Origin: Dehalococcoidia bacterium | Lineage (GTDB): Bacteria; Chloroflexota; Dehalococcoidia; GIF9; UBA5629 | Assembly (NCBI GenBank): GCA_034436215.1 | Contig: DAOTVU010000040.1 | Coordinates: 17,780-81,779, forward strand | Reading direction: 5' to 3' | DNA: 64,000 nucleotides | Part shown: piece after piece, positions 47,595 through 56,778 of the stretch | Layout: every line of letters starts with the position of its first letter | Numbering within the stretch: the stretch's first letter is position 1 | The notes under the pieces: generated by a model | Database searches by the model: none | Told to the model about the DNA's origin: nothing | Seen by the model: the letters and a program-made list of their open reading frames with translations, nothing else | Translations under genes and position numbers: made by a program

Positions 47595-49598
47595 ATGCCT
47601 TCATTTAAAATTGTATCTGATTTCAAGATGACCGGTGACCAACCTGAAGCTGTTGACGCTCTGGTAAGAGGTATAGAACAGGGTTTTGACAAACAGGTAC
47701 TTCTGGGTGTCACCGGAAGTGGTAAAACCTTCACCATGGCCAATGTGATAGAAAGATTGCAACGCCCTACTCTGGTCATGTGTCATAATAAGACGCTGGC
47801 AGCACAGCTGGCTACCGAATTTAAAGAGTTTTTCCCCGATAATGCGGTCGAATACTTTGTCAGTTACTATGATTATTATCAGCCCGAAGCATATATCCCG
47901 CAAACCGATACGTATATTGAAAAGGACACCGATATAAACGAAGAAATAGATAAATTACGACATGCTGCCACACGTGCCCTGTTGACCAGAAGAGACGTTC
48001 TGATTGTAGCCTCGGTTTCCTGCATATATTCTCTGGGCGAGCCGGACGAATATCGAAGCTTTGTGGTAACAATCAACAAGGGCGAAAAGATAGAGCGCAA
48101 CAAGCTGGTTCGCCGATTTGTGGATATGCAATATGAAAGAAACGATTACGACTTTTCTCGCGGTAAATTTCGTATACGCGGTGATACAATTGAGATATTG
48201 CCATCTTATGAAGAAGTTGCCATTCGTATTGAATTCTGGGGTGACGTTATTGAACGTATCATAGAGATCGACAGTTTGACCGGAGAGCTGTTAACTGAAA
48301 GACAGTCGGTTGACATTTTCCCCGCCAAGCATTTTGTCACATCACCTGAGAGACTTGAGCTGGCAATAAACGACATACGTAAAGAGCTCGAACAAAGGAT
48401 AAACGAATTTAAACAACAGGGCAAACTCCTGGAGGCAGCTCGTATTGAGCAACGTACAAATTATGACATTGAGATGCTTACCCAACTCGGATATTGCAAC
48501 GGTGTGGAGAATTATTCTCGACATCTCCAGCGTAGGCCAGCCGGAAGTCCTCCATGGACTCTGCTTCACTATTTCCCCGAAGATTTTATCCTGTTTATCG
48601 ACGAGTCTCATATGACCATTCCACAAATTCGCGGTATGTACCACGGTGACATGAGTCGCAAACAAACTCTGGTTGATTATGGATTCAGGCTGCCATCTGC
48701 TCTCGATAACCGCCCATTGAATTTTTCAGAATTCGAAAAGATAATCAATCAAGTCATTTTTGTATCGGCTACGCCTGGTCCATATGAGTACGGTACCAGC
48801 AAACAAGTTGTGGAACAGCTCGTCCGCCCGACGGGTTTACTGGAGCCCACGGTAGAAGTCAGGCCGACCACGGGCCAGATTGACGATTTAATTCATGAGA
48901 TAAAGATAAGAGTTGATAAGGGTGAGCGCTGCCTGGTCACCACCCTGACAAAGAAAATGGCTGAGGAGCTTTCAGATTATCTCCGCGAGATGGAGATAAA
49001 AACGCACTATTTACACTCTGAGGTGGACACGCTGGAACGCGTGGAAATTCTGCGCGATCTGCGGCTGGGTGTATACGATGTCGTAGTTGGTATTAATTTG
49101 CTGAGGGAAGGTCTCGATTTACCCGAGGTCAGCCTTGTGGCAATTCTGGATGCAGATAAAGAGGGTTATCTAAGATCAAAAGATGCATTGATCCAGACAA
49201 TGGGCCGTGCCGCACGACATATTGATGGGCACGTTATATTGTATGCTGATAAATTAACCGACTCCATGAAGAACGCTATCGATGAGACTTACAGAAGACG
49301 TCGTATTCAGGAAAAATATAATATAGAACACGGTATAAAACCGCAGAGCATTAAGAAGGCTATCAAAGATATAACCGAGAGGGTTAAAGTTGTCGCTGAA
49401 GAAAGAGCTAAATATCAGACAGTACCGGCACCACCAGAGGAAATCGCCAGATTGATCAGAGAGTTAGAAGCCCAGATGAAAAAAGCTGCTAAAAATCTGG
49501 AGTTTGAAAAGGCTGCCCTCCTACGCGATCGTATAATTGAGCTCCGTAAAGATGAAGAAACAATGTTTCCGATCCGCATTAAAAAACAATCAGTTTAA
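47595..49598 (+). CDS. uvrB: Excinuclease ABC subunit B (UvrB)
   Basis: F-x-L-x-S-D-F-x-x-TGDQP N-terminus, Walker A GVTGSGKT, helicase motifs and the C-terminal UvrB/UvrC interaction coiled coil. Confidence 0.95.
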   Translation: MPSFKIVSDFKMTGDQPEAVDALVRGIEQGFDKQVLLGVTGSGKTFTMANVIERLQRPTLVMCHNKTLAAQLATEFKEFFPDNAVEYFVSYYDYYQPEAYIPQTDTYIEKDTDINEEIDKLRHAATRALLTRRDVLIVASVSCIYSLGEPDEYRSFVVTINKGEKIERNKLVRRFVDMQYERNDYDFSRGKFRIRGDTIEILPSYEEVAIRIEFWGDVIERIIEIDSLTGELLTERQSVDIFPAKHFVTSPERLELAINDIRKELEQRINEFKQQGKLLEAARIEQRTNYDIEMLTQLGYCNGVENYSRHLQRRPAGSPPWTLLHYFPEDFILFIDESHMTIPQIRGMYHGDMSRKQTLVDYGFRLPSALDNRPLNFSEFEKIINQVIFVSATPGPYEYGTSKQVVEQLVRPTGLLEPTVEVRPTTGQIDDLIHEIKIRVDKGERCLVTTLTKKMAEELSDYLREMEIKTHYLHSEVDTLERVEILRDLRLGVYDVVVGINLLREGLDLPEVSLVAILDADKEGYLRSKDALIQTMGRAARHIDGHVILYADKLTDSMKNAIDETYRRRRIQEKYNIEHGIKPQSIKKAIKDITERVKVVAEERAKYQTVPAPPEEIARLIRELEAQMKKAAKNLEFEKAALLRDRIIELRKDEETMFPIRIKKQSV

Positions 49599-49644
49599 TG
49601 AAATGGCATATTCTGCATGAATCCGTATGCACTGCTAACGATAT

Positions 49645-50871
49645 TTAGATTACATCAATGCTGAGCGGAAATTTGGACAATGCCTCACAACCTTTGGCAG
49701 TAATCAGTATGGGATTTTCATAGCGAAAACCTATGTTTTCTTCCGGACAGGCATATTGAACTGCACATATCAGCATTTCATTTTTTTGATATACGTGGTC
49801 TGGATTTGTCCAGTAGTCGAATGGCCCATCATTTAGTCCTATACGCCATTCATCTCCCATCATCCCGATACCGTGTTCAAAACCGGGCACCAGATAGTCC
49901 TGAAATCCACGTTCTTCAGCAAAAGCCAGCATCTCATCAGCTAACCTCGATGGTGTAATTCCCGGTTTATAAGCTCCGAGCACCTTATTTATTAGATCAA
50001 CGAAGTTTCGAGCATGCCACAGTTGTCTTCTGGTTGCTTTCCCGAGGAAATAATTATGGGAGTGATCGCCCAGTCCGAGCTTGAACATAGCATGGAGGTC
50101 AACCATCAGGGATTCCCCAATTTTAAGCTTTTTTCTTGTAGCTGGGGTACAGGCACCGGCTGCCAGACCGGTACGATAACCAGATGCGATCTCGTTTCCT
50201 CCCGTGAATGACCATTCCCATTCGCTGCCAGCTTTTCGCATAGCATATGCCGCCAGCCCGGCAATCTCCGTCTCCGTCAGCTCGGTAAAATCGCTATTTT
50301 TAAGCGCATCATATACCGCTTTATGCCCTATATCTACAATCCGCGATGCTTCACGAAATCGATTGATAGTACCTTCATCTTTAATCATGGAAAGTTTATC
50401 TACAATTATATGGGCATTTTTGAATGTGGCTTTGGGGAGAGCGGCCTTAAGCATGACAAATTCGAACAGTGTGAGATGGCCCTCAGGCAAGTAAGTCCCC
50501 ATGCCTGTTTCCATACCGATAATACCCTTCCCACTTTTTAAATGGGGCTTTATAAGCATCTGCAATAAAGAAATTTGATCCTGACCGCCCATAGGGCCAT
50601 AACCGAGGATATGATCCTGATCCAGCCATGATTCGTCCGCCACACGCGCAGCATCAATAACAAACGTAATAGCCGTTGGAAGGCCTTCAGGCGGTATAAC
50701 TATATAGGACCTCCATGGGCAAAAAGCATCAAGCGTCCACGATAAGGTACGCAATCTCGTGCCCAGATATACATCTATATTGTTTTTTGCCATTTCTTTC
50801 TGGATGGACTTAATGCGTTTGGGAAAATCGATAAAGTATAGATCTTCTTTTGTCAGCTTTTTTTCTGGCAT
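49645..50871 (-). CDS. M24-family metallopeptidase (Xaa-Pro aminopeptidase / creatinase-like) with creatinase N-domain
   Basis: 408 aa with a pita-bread fold. Metal-binding His/Glu motifs (HSHNYFLG; EHGIGMMGDEW). Confidence 0.65.
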   Translation of the reverse strand: MPEKKLTKEDLYFIDFPKRIKSIQKEMAKNNIDVYLGTRLRTLSWTLDAFCPWRSYIVIPPEGLPTAITFVIDAARVADESWLDQDHILGYGPMGGQDQISLLQMLIKPHLKSGKGIIGMETGMGTYLPEGHLTLFEFVMLKAALPKATFKNAHIIVDKLSMIKDEGTINRFREASRIVDIGHKAVYDALKNSDFTELTETEIAGLAAYAMRKAGSEWEWSFTGGNEIASGYRTGLAAGACTPATRKKLKIGESLMVDLHAMFKLGLGDHSHNYFLGKATRRQLWHARNFVDLINKVLGAYKPGITPSRLADEMLAFAEERGFQDYLVPGFEHGIGMMGDEWRIGLNDGPFDYWTNPDHVYQKNEMLICAVQYACPEENIGFRYENPILITAKGCEALSKFPLSIDVI

Positions 50872-50889
50872 TCAGTTCACTCTCCGAAT

Positions 50890-51294
50890 TTAAAATTCCG
50901 TGGGTATGGTTGCGATTACTTCATTAAGGCGATCAACGGTAGGCGACAGAGTAAGAGCTTTTACCAAGTTACCTTTTAACATCATTTTCCCCGACATAAG
51001 AGCAGCACGAGCTTTCAACTCCCCACGTGAGATTCTGGCAAACTGATCATAATCAGCTGTAATGGTAAACTCTGCTTTGGGAAGTGCACCTTCCACAATA
51101 GATATGGACTCGATATTACCGTTCTTTAAGCTGTAAAAAACGGCCCTTGTCTTACCATCGGGACATCTGGTATTAATCGTTAACATAGAGGAAGTAATAT
51201 GCTTCATCTTTTCGGGCGTCAGTTCTTTTCTACACCTTCTCAATACTTCATCTGCCCATTCTTTGCTCAGATACTTGAACTTTTTCTCCGGCAC
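50890..51294 (-). CDS. SCP2 sterol-carrier-like domain protein
   Basis: C-terminal LKARAALMSGKMMLKGNLVKAL, the SCP2 signature. Confidence 0.55.
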   Translation of the reverse strand: MPEKKFKYLSKEWADEVLRRCRKELTPEKMKHITSSMLTINTRCPDGKTRAVFYSLKNGNIESISIVEGALPKAEFTITADYDQFARISRGELKARAALMSGKMMLKGNLVKALTLSPTVDRLNEVIATIPTEF

Positions 51295-51355
51295 CGGTCA
51301 CCTCCCTAAAATTATTTTATTAATAAATACCAAGCTATTTCTGAAGGCCCGCTAA

Positions 51356-52108
51356 TTATTTTCTAAAACTGCTCAGTCTGTCTTCAGTATCAGTGATATC
51401 AAATTCGCTTTGATATTCGAGCTCGAGGCTTTGTTCGAGTGAGAGTGTTTCATTTTTATTATAAAGATACTTATATGCTTGAATTGATTGCGCGCTATTG
51501 GAAATTATTTTTTTAACCATCGTTTGCAGTGCTTCTTCAAGCTTTTCGGCTGGAACTGCCAGGTTAATCAGCCCAATGCGCTCAGCTTCTTTTCCTGTGA
51601 TTGCGTCGGCTGTGAAAGAAAGCTCTTTAGCTTTGAGAAAACCCACACGGCGGGGGAGCCTGGCACTCATACCCCAGGTGGGGCGCAGCCCCCATCTGGC
51701 GTGGGTATCGCCGATTTTGGCCTCCTCATTTGCTATAACGATATCACAGGCCAACATGATTTCCAGTGCACCCGTGAAACAGAATCCATTGACAAGTGCT
51801 ATAACACACTTTGGTACGGAACGGATAGCGTTTATAAGATCTCTGGCAGGTAAATCGAGTATATCTCCTACCTTACCCCGTTCGAGCCTTCGGTCTCCCA
51901 GCGATTTCAGATCGACTCCGGCACTGAATGCCTTCCCTGCACCGGTAACAACAATTACCTTCACATTACTGTCACCGCCTGCAGACAAAATAGCTTCCTT
52001 AAGTTCCTTAAGCATGGTTGGGGTAATGGCGTTCATAGCCTGCGGTCGGTTAATAGTAATTCTGCCAATTCCCGATTCTTCCTGGTAAATAAGTGTTTCA
52101 TATGACAT
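51356..52108 (-). CDS. Enoyl-CoA hydratase/isomerase (crotonase family)
   Basis: Oxyanion-hole motifs VVTGAGKAFSAGVDL and ALVNGFCFTGALE. Confidence 0.85.
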   Translation of the reverse strand: MSYETLIYQEESGIGRITINRPQAMNAITPTMLKELKEAILSAGGDSNVKVIVVTGAGKAFSAGVDLKSLGDRRLERGKVGDILDLPARDLINAIRSVPKCVIALVNGFCFTGALEIMLACDIVIANEEAKIGDTHARWGLRPTWGMSARLPRRVGFLKAKELSFTADAITGKEAERIGLINLAVPAEKLEEALQTMVKKIISNSAQSIQAYKYLYNKNETLSLEQSLELEYQSEFDITDTEDRLSSFRK

Positions 52109-52318
52109 CTTTTAACTCCTCAACAATATTTTTACTCAACCCTCTTCTTTTGTTAAAAGGCCTGTGCATGTAATTGATAGTACTATAACATAAAGTACAA
52201 TTTTTGACATAGTGATAGAATAATAAGATAATTAACTTCAACTCTACACCGCGAATTATATTTACAGCAATTAATATATCCAACAAATTAAATTAAATGG
52301 GTAACCGGAGGGAATGTT

Positions 52319-53719
52319 GTGACCGAATATTTTTATTCTGACCTTAAATATCTTTTTGAGCCGCGAACTGTGGCTATTGTGGGCGCCTCAAAAGACGAGT
52401 TCAAATCGGGTGGCATGTTTATTAAAAGAATGCTGGAAGACAGGTTTGCCGGTACAATTTATCCTATTAACCGCAAGGAATCGGAGATTATGGGATTAAA
52501 GTGTTACCCATCAGTTTCAGATATACCCGGCGAAGTTGACATGGCTATACTGGCCATACCGGCTGCATCGATCAATTCTGCGATGGAAGATTGCGCATTC
52601 AAGCATGTTAAGTTTGCAATTGTGCATGCCGTAGGTTTCAGCGAAATGGGTGATGAGGGAAGATTTGTTGAGGAAGAGATGGTAGCCATAGCGCGCAAAG
52701 GCGGCACACGCATTATCGGACCAAATTGTATGGGTATTTTCACCTCCCGCGGAAGAATCAATACAATCGTGCCTTATACACCACTACCCCTTGAGCCGGG
52801 CAGAATTGGATTTGTGGGGCAAAGCGGATGGGTAAGCGAGATGTTTTTACGTCACGGCGGTGAGAGGGGTTTGCGTTTCAGTGGAGTTATCAGCATAGGT
52901 AATCAATGTGACCTGAGAATTGAAGATTTAATTAAATACTGGGGTGATGACCCAGATACAGACATAATTGCTGCCTATGTTGAAGGGGTTAAAGATGGAG
53001 AACATTTTATCAAGGTTGCCAGAGAAGTATGCCGCAGGAAGCCGGTCATTGTCTGGAAAGGCGGCAGTTCCGAGATGGGTGCCCGATCTGCTGCTTCACA
53101 CACCGGCTCACTGGCCGGCAGCTATCAAATATTTCAGGCGATGTGCAGGCAAACAGGTATAATACCGGCTTATGGCATGGAGGATCTTATCGATCTGGCT
53201 GTCGCCTTTGTCAGTCCAGTATTACCTCCAGGTAACAATGTGGGTCTTTTAATCGAAGCAGGCGGTGGCGGGGTAGCCTCTTCTGATGCCTGTGAAAAAG
53301 AAGGGTTGGAGATAAAACTATTTTCCCAAAAACTGCAGCAGCAGCTTCAGGAATACCTTAAAGATAAAGTACCTCCCTCCAATAACCGAAGAAATCCGGT
53401 CGATCTGGTGTGGGCGCCTGTAATTGGCGGCTCAAAGCTATTTGTTGATTGCATGGAGATGATAATGCCGGAGGTGGATGCCTGTCTTGTCATCTCATAT
53501 GCATTTCTGCAGGAGGACTGGTTCAGACAACGGATGATCGAAATAAGGAATAAATATATGAAGCCCATAATATTTATTCCTGCCAATGCACATGATCAGG
53601 TAGAAGGTAGTATAAAAGCAGTTAAAGAAGGATTACCAGTATATATTATGCCCGAAAATGCGGTTCGCTGTATCGGCGCAATGAGAAGAAGAGCCCAGTT
53701 TCTGAATAGCCTAAAGTAA
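52319..53719 (+). CDS. CoA-binding protein, ADP-forming acetyl-CoA synthetase alpha-subunit-like (CoA_binding + succinyl-CoA-ligase-like domains)
   Basis: GTG start. VAIVGASKDEFKSGG (CoA-binding Rossmann) and a ligase-CoA domain with the phospho-His loop region. 466 aa. Confidence 0.65.
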   Translation: MTEYFYSDLKYLFEPRTVAIVGASKDEFKSGGMFIKRMLEDRFAGTIYPINRKESEIMGLKCYPSVSDIPGEVDMAILAIPAASINSAMEDCAFKHVKFAIVHAVGFSEMGDEGRFVEEEMVAIARKGGTRIIGPNCMGIFTSRGRINTIVPYTPLPLEPGRIGFVGQSGWVSEMFLRHGGERGLRFSGVISIGNQCDLRIEDLIKYWGDDPDTDIIAAYVEGVKDGEHFIKVAREVCRRKPVIVWKGGSSEMGARSAASHTGSLAGSYQIFQAMCRQTGIIPAYGMEDLIDLAVAFVSPVLPPGNNVGLLIEAGGGGVASSDACEKEGLEIKLFSQKLQQQLQEYLKDKVPPSNNRRNPVDLVWAPVIGGSKLFVDCMEMIMPEVDACLVISYAFLQEDWFRQRMIEIRNKYMKPIIFIPANAHDQVEGSIKAVKEGLPVYIMPENAVRCIGAMRRRAQFLNSLK

Positions 53720-53779
53720 AGAGTTGTTGGAATATAAATACCATAAATCGGGCATGTCGAATTGCATAATTTCTTATAT

Positions 53780-55030
53780 TCAATACAGTCTTAGTAGCGC
53801 ATCTATCTCTCGGCCACAACCACCCAGAGGTGCGTATTTCTTAATCTTAATCAATCCTTCAGTATCGAGAAAATAAATGGCTGGTAACTTAGAAGGCTGG
53901 TAAAGGTTAACAACCTTTCCATCGAGATCAAGTGCAACCTGCGTTTCAATCCCGTAGAGCTTTATCCATTTTTCCACTTCTGCCGGTTTTTCCTGACTAA
54001 CTATTACCAGCACATCCATCTGGGTTCTCGGCCAGTTATCGTATATCTGCTGGATGCAGCGCATTACTTCAAAGCAGGAACTGCATCTGGTCGTAGTAAA
54101 GACCATTATCAACTTTTTGCCGTGGTAAGATTCGAGAGTACACGGAACTCCATTTATCGTTGGTAAGTTAAAGTCTGGTGCGTAACAACCAACACGTGCA
54201 CAGGTTGTTCTGTCAGTTTTTAAATTGGTTGAGTTATCGCTGATATCTTCTGCCTCGATTGTTACGTTTTCCGATTTGATGGCATCGGTAGAGAGTGAGA
54301 GCCCGGTGTTGGAAGGAAAGGTTCCATTCTTTATCCCGGCAATGAGCTCTTTTATATTGTTAATTGCAGTAGCAAAAGTCGCACACGTATTATCCGGGAC
54401 ATTATATCTGCTGTTTACAATTCCGATAACTTCGCCGCGATTGTTGAACATCGGGCCTCCACTACTGCCCGGATAGGTCATGGCGTTGCTTTGAATATAG
54501 TCTACCGATTGTATTCTGCGGAAAGCACATATAATCCCCGAACTGATATTCAACTTATTACCATCGCTGGATACCGGATAGCTTACAACCAGTACAGAGT
54601 TTCCAATCTGTAGTTCATCTGATTCCGCCGAGCTACCGATGCTGGCAAAAACGTATCCGGCATCTCTTTCGGAGAGCTTAAGTAAAGCAATGTCAGTCTG
54701 TTCATCAGACATGACAATTTTGCCTTCATACATAGTTCCATCACTCATTATAATAGCAGCATTGGTATTACCGTTGAGCACATGTCGGCTGGTTATCAAG
54801 TAGCCATCATTTGATATAATTACTCCCGATCCCATACGATCTGTTGTCGTAACTCTTACGACAGCGGATAGTTTGTCCTTTATATTTTCATAGGATGGAA
54901 GTATATTACAGGAAATAAAACATATAGAAAATAAAAACAGAAATTGAAATATATTTAAAAAAGTAGATGTTCTCTTAACCATAGCATCATTTGATCCAAA
55001 GCTAATGTTTTCTATATTAACATATTTCAA
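53780..55030 (-). CDS. Trypsin-like (S1/HtrA-type) serine protease fused to a C-terminal thioredoxin-fold (TlpA/redoxin-like, CxxC) domain
   Basis: N-terminal signal/TM. Catalytic triad context TSRHVLNG (His), DIALLKL (Asp) and GSSGGPMF (Ser). The C-terminus has TTTRCSSCFE (CxxC) in a redoxin-like fold. Confidence 0.65.
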   Translation of the reverse strand: MKYVNIENISFGSNDAMVKRTSTFLNIFQFLFLFSICFISCNILPSYENIKDKLSAVVRVTTTDRMGSGVIISNDGYLITSRHVLNGNTNAAIIMSDGTMYEGKIVMSDEQTDIALLKLSERDAGYVFASIGSSAESDELQIGNSVLVVSYPVSSDGNKLNISSGIICAFRRIQSVDYIQSNAMTYPGSSGGPMFNNRGEVIGIVNSRYNVPDNTCATFATAINNIKELIAGIKNGTFPSNTGLSLSTDAIKSENVTIEAEDISDNSTNLKTDRTTCARVGCYAPDFNLPTINGVPCTLESYHGKKLIMVFTTTRCSSCFEVMRCIQQIYDNWPRTQMDVLVIVSQEKPAEVEKWIKLYGIETQVALDLDGKVVNLYQPSKLPAIYFLDTEGLIKIKKYAPLGGCGREIDALLRLY

Positions 55031-55104
55031 GTACCGGCGATGAATACAGCTCAGTCAATATGTAAGGTATAGTTCCGACAAGTAACACCAGAGGAGATAT
55101 AAGA

Positions 55105-55457
55105 ATGGGGGAAATAAAAATGACGGGCAAACTTTTTGATAATCGGGGCAATCTATTGGTCACAGGCTGGGCAAAACAACCGTTAGTGTATGCTAATCTC
55201 GAAGATTTACATTTTCATCCGCTAAAGTTGTTTCAGCCCTTGCCGTCCTTGATTGGGGTGTCAGTGTGTGGCCATACCGTTCGTTCTGGATTTGGGCCAG
55301 TTTTTCACATTACCTGAAGGACGGGCGAACTCTCGGTTTAAATCTCGGTGGAGGTATAGGAAATAATCCTGAAATTACCGATAATGCCGTTATACTAGAT
55401 GGCAAAATCAGCAAACTGGGTAACGTAGAATTTAAATACGATAATAGAGATTTTTAA
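55105..55457 (+). pseudogene. Possible frameshifted small gene (two overlapping ORFs in frames 1 and 3, ~117 aa combined)
   Basis: ORF 55105-55317 and ORF 55266-55457 overlap by ~50 nt and read as one continuous message with a +/-1 shift near 55290-55310. No recognisable domain. Confidence 0.25.
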
Positions 55458-55569
55458 AAACCCTGGCATATACGTTCGGATGATGGCTAGCTCGATCTTT
55501 AATTTGTACCATATGCGATGATGAAATGGTATAATTAGCAAAATTGTTAATAATATTCAGAGGATTGAA

Positions 55570-56523
55570 TTGTCAACAAAGCAGGAAAGATTAAAAAAAT
55601 ATGCGCCGAGATTAATAGAGCTGATTATCGATAGGTGGACATCGTTGATTATCCGCGAAGCTTTTCTGGGTGTTCACCGGTTTGATGATTTCCATAAAAA
55701 TCTGGGGATTGCTCCTAATATACTGTCACTGAGATTACAAAGACTTTTGGATGGAGGTATATTCAGGGTACTGCGCTACAGCAATAATCCTATAAGATAC
55801 GAATATCATTTTACCGACATGGGGCGTGACCTCTATCCACTGGTAATTTGCATTAAATACTGGGGCGATAAATGGCTCAATAAGGGTAGAAAACCCGAGG
55901 AAATGCTGCTGCATATGGACTGCGGGTGTATCTACGAGCCTATTCCAGTGTGTTCTGAGTGCGGCGAAAAAATCGAATACGGCGATGTAATTTATGATGC
56001 CTCGATACGTAAAATGACAGCTTCGGGGTATAGATTGATTGACACACGTAAACGTAAGCCCTCCCGGCTGGTGAAAAACATCGAAAATATATGTTCCTCC
56101 GAGCGGACACTTAACCTTGTCGGTGATCGATGGTCCTTCCTGATTATCAGAGAGGCTCTGCTGGGCGTCAGAAAGTTCGATACTTTCCTTGAGGAGCTTG
56201 ATATATCACGTACGGTCCTGGCGGCCAGATTGAAATTTCTGGTTAGCCGGGGGATTATGACGAAACGGAGGTATTCGGAGCATCCACCACGCTACGAATA
56301 CAGATTAACCCCGAAAGGCAGCGACTTGTATATTATCGGATTGGCATCAATAAGCTGGGAAAATAAATGGTTGACCGACATGGGCGTGCCGGAAATATCA
56401 CTGAAGCATAAGAAATGCGGAAATGTTTTTAATACCAGGATTGTGTGCTCTCATTGCGGTCATGAAGTCACTTCGATAAATACACAAAGCTCGCGAAAAT
56501 TAGCTGCCTTAAAATGCAGTTGA
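55570..56523 (+). CDS. Tandem HxlR-family winged-helix transcriptional regulator (two HxlR domains, each followed by a CxxC-x(n)-CxxC zinc ribbon)
   Basis: Repeat 1: WTSLIIREAFLGVHRFDDFHKNLGIAPNILSLRLQRL. Repeat 2: WSFLIIREALLGVRKFDTFLEELDISRTVLAARLKFL. Both are followed by YEY...T-x-G...L...W motifs and then Cys pairs (CGCIYEPIPVCSECG; CGNVFNTRIVCSHCG). Confidence 0.75.
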   Translation: MSTKQERLKKYAPRLIELIIDRWTSLIIREAFLGVHRFDDFHKNLGIAPNILSLRLQRLLDGGIFRVLRYSNNPIRYEYHFTDMGRDLYPLVICIKYWGDKWLNKGRKPEEMLLHMDCGCIYEPIPVCSECGEKIEYGDVIYDASIRKMTASGYRLIDTRKRKPSRLVKNIENICSSERTLNLVGDRWSFLIIREALLGVRKFDTFLEELDISRTVLAARLKFLVSRGIMTKRRYSEHPPRYEYRLTPKGSDLYIIGLASISWENKWLTDMGVPEISLKHKKCGNVFNTRIVCSHCGHEVTSINTQSSRKLAALKCS

Positions 56524-56778
56524 GTTATTAACCTTTCAACCCATTCTCATATATTTATACAGCTTCGGTATATCTTCACATAAATCTTCCCTGAATATGC
56601 TGAATACTTGAAACACGATTTTGTAAATGTTATTATAAGTACATTTATGCAAGTAAGTATTGTTATATATTATCAGTATTATGCAGAGTTTTATCCAAGG
56701 AGGCTATGATGAGTTAGATCTATCAAACGATATGGTTAGATATGGTAGAAAACAACATAAAAATTAAAAGGAGAATGC

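Noticed and set aside
51498-52088. 196-aa plus-strand ORF fully overlapping the enoyl-CoA hydratase gene
   Set aside because: The minus-strand frame encodes textbook crotonase oxyanion-hole motifs. The plus-strand frame is a Ser/Ala/Pro-rich mirror with no features.
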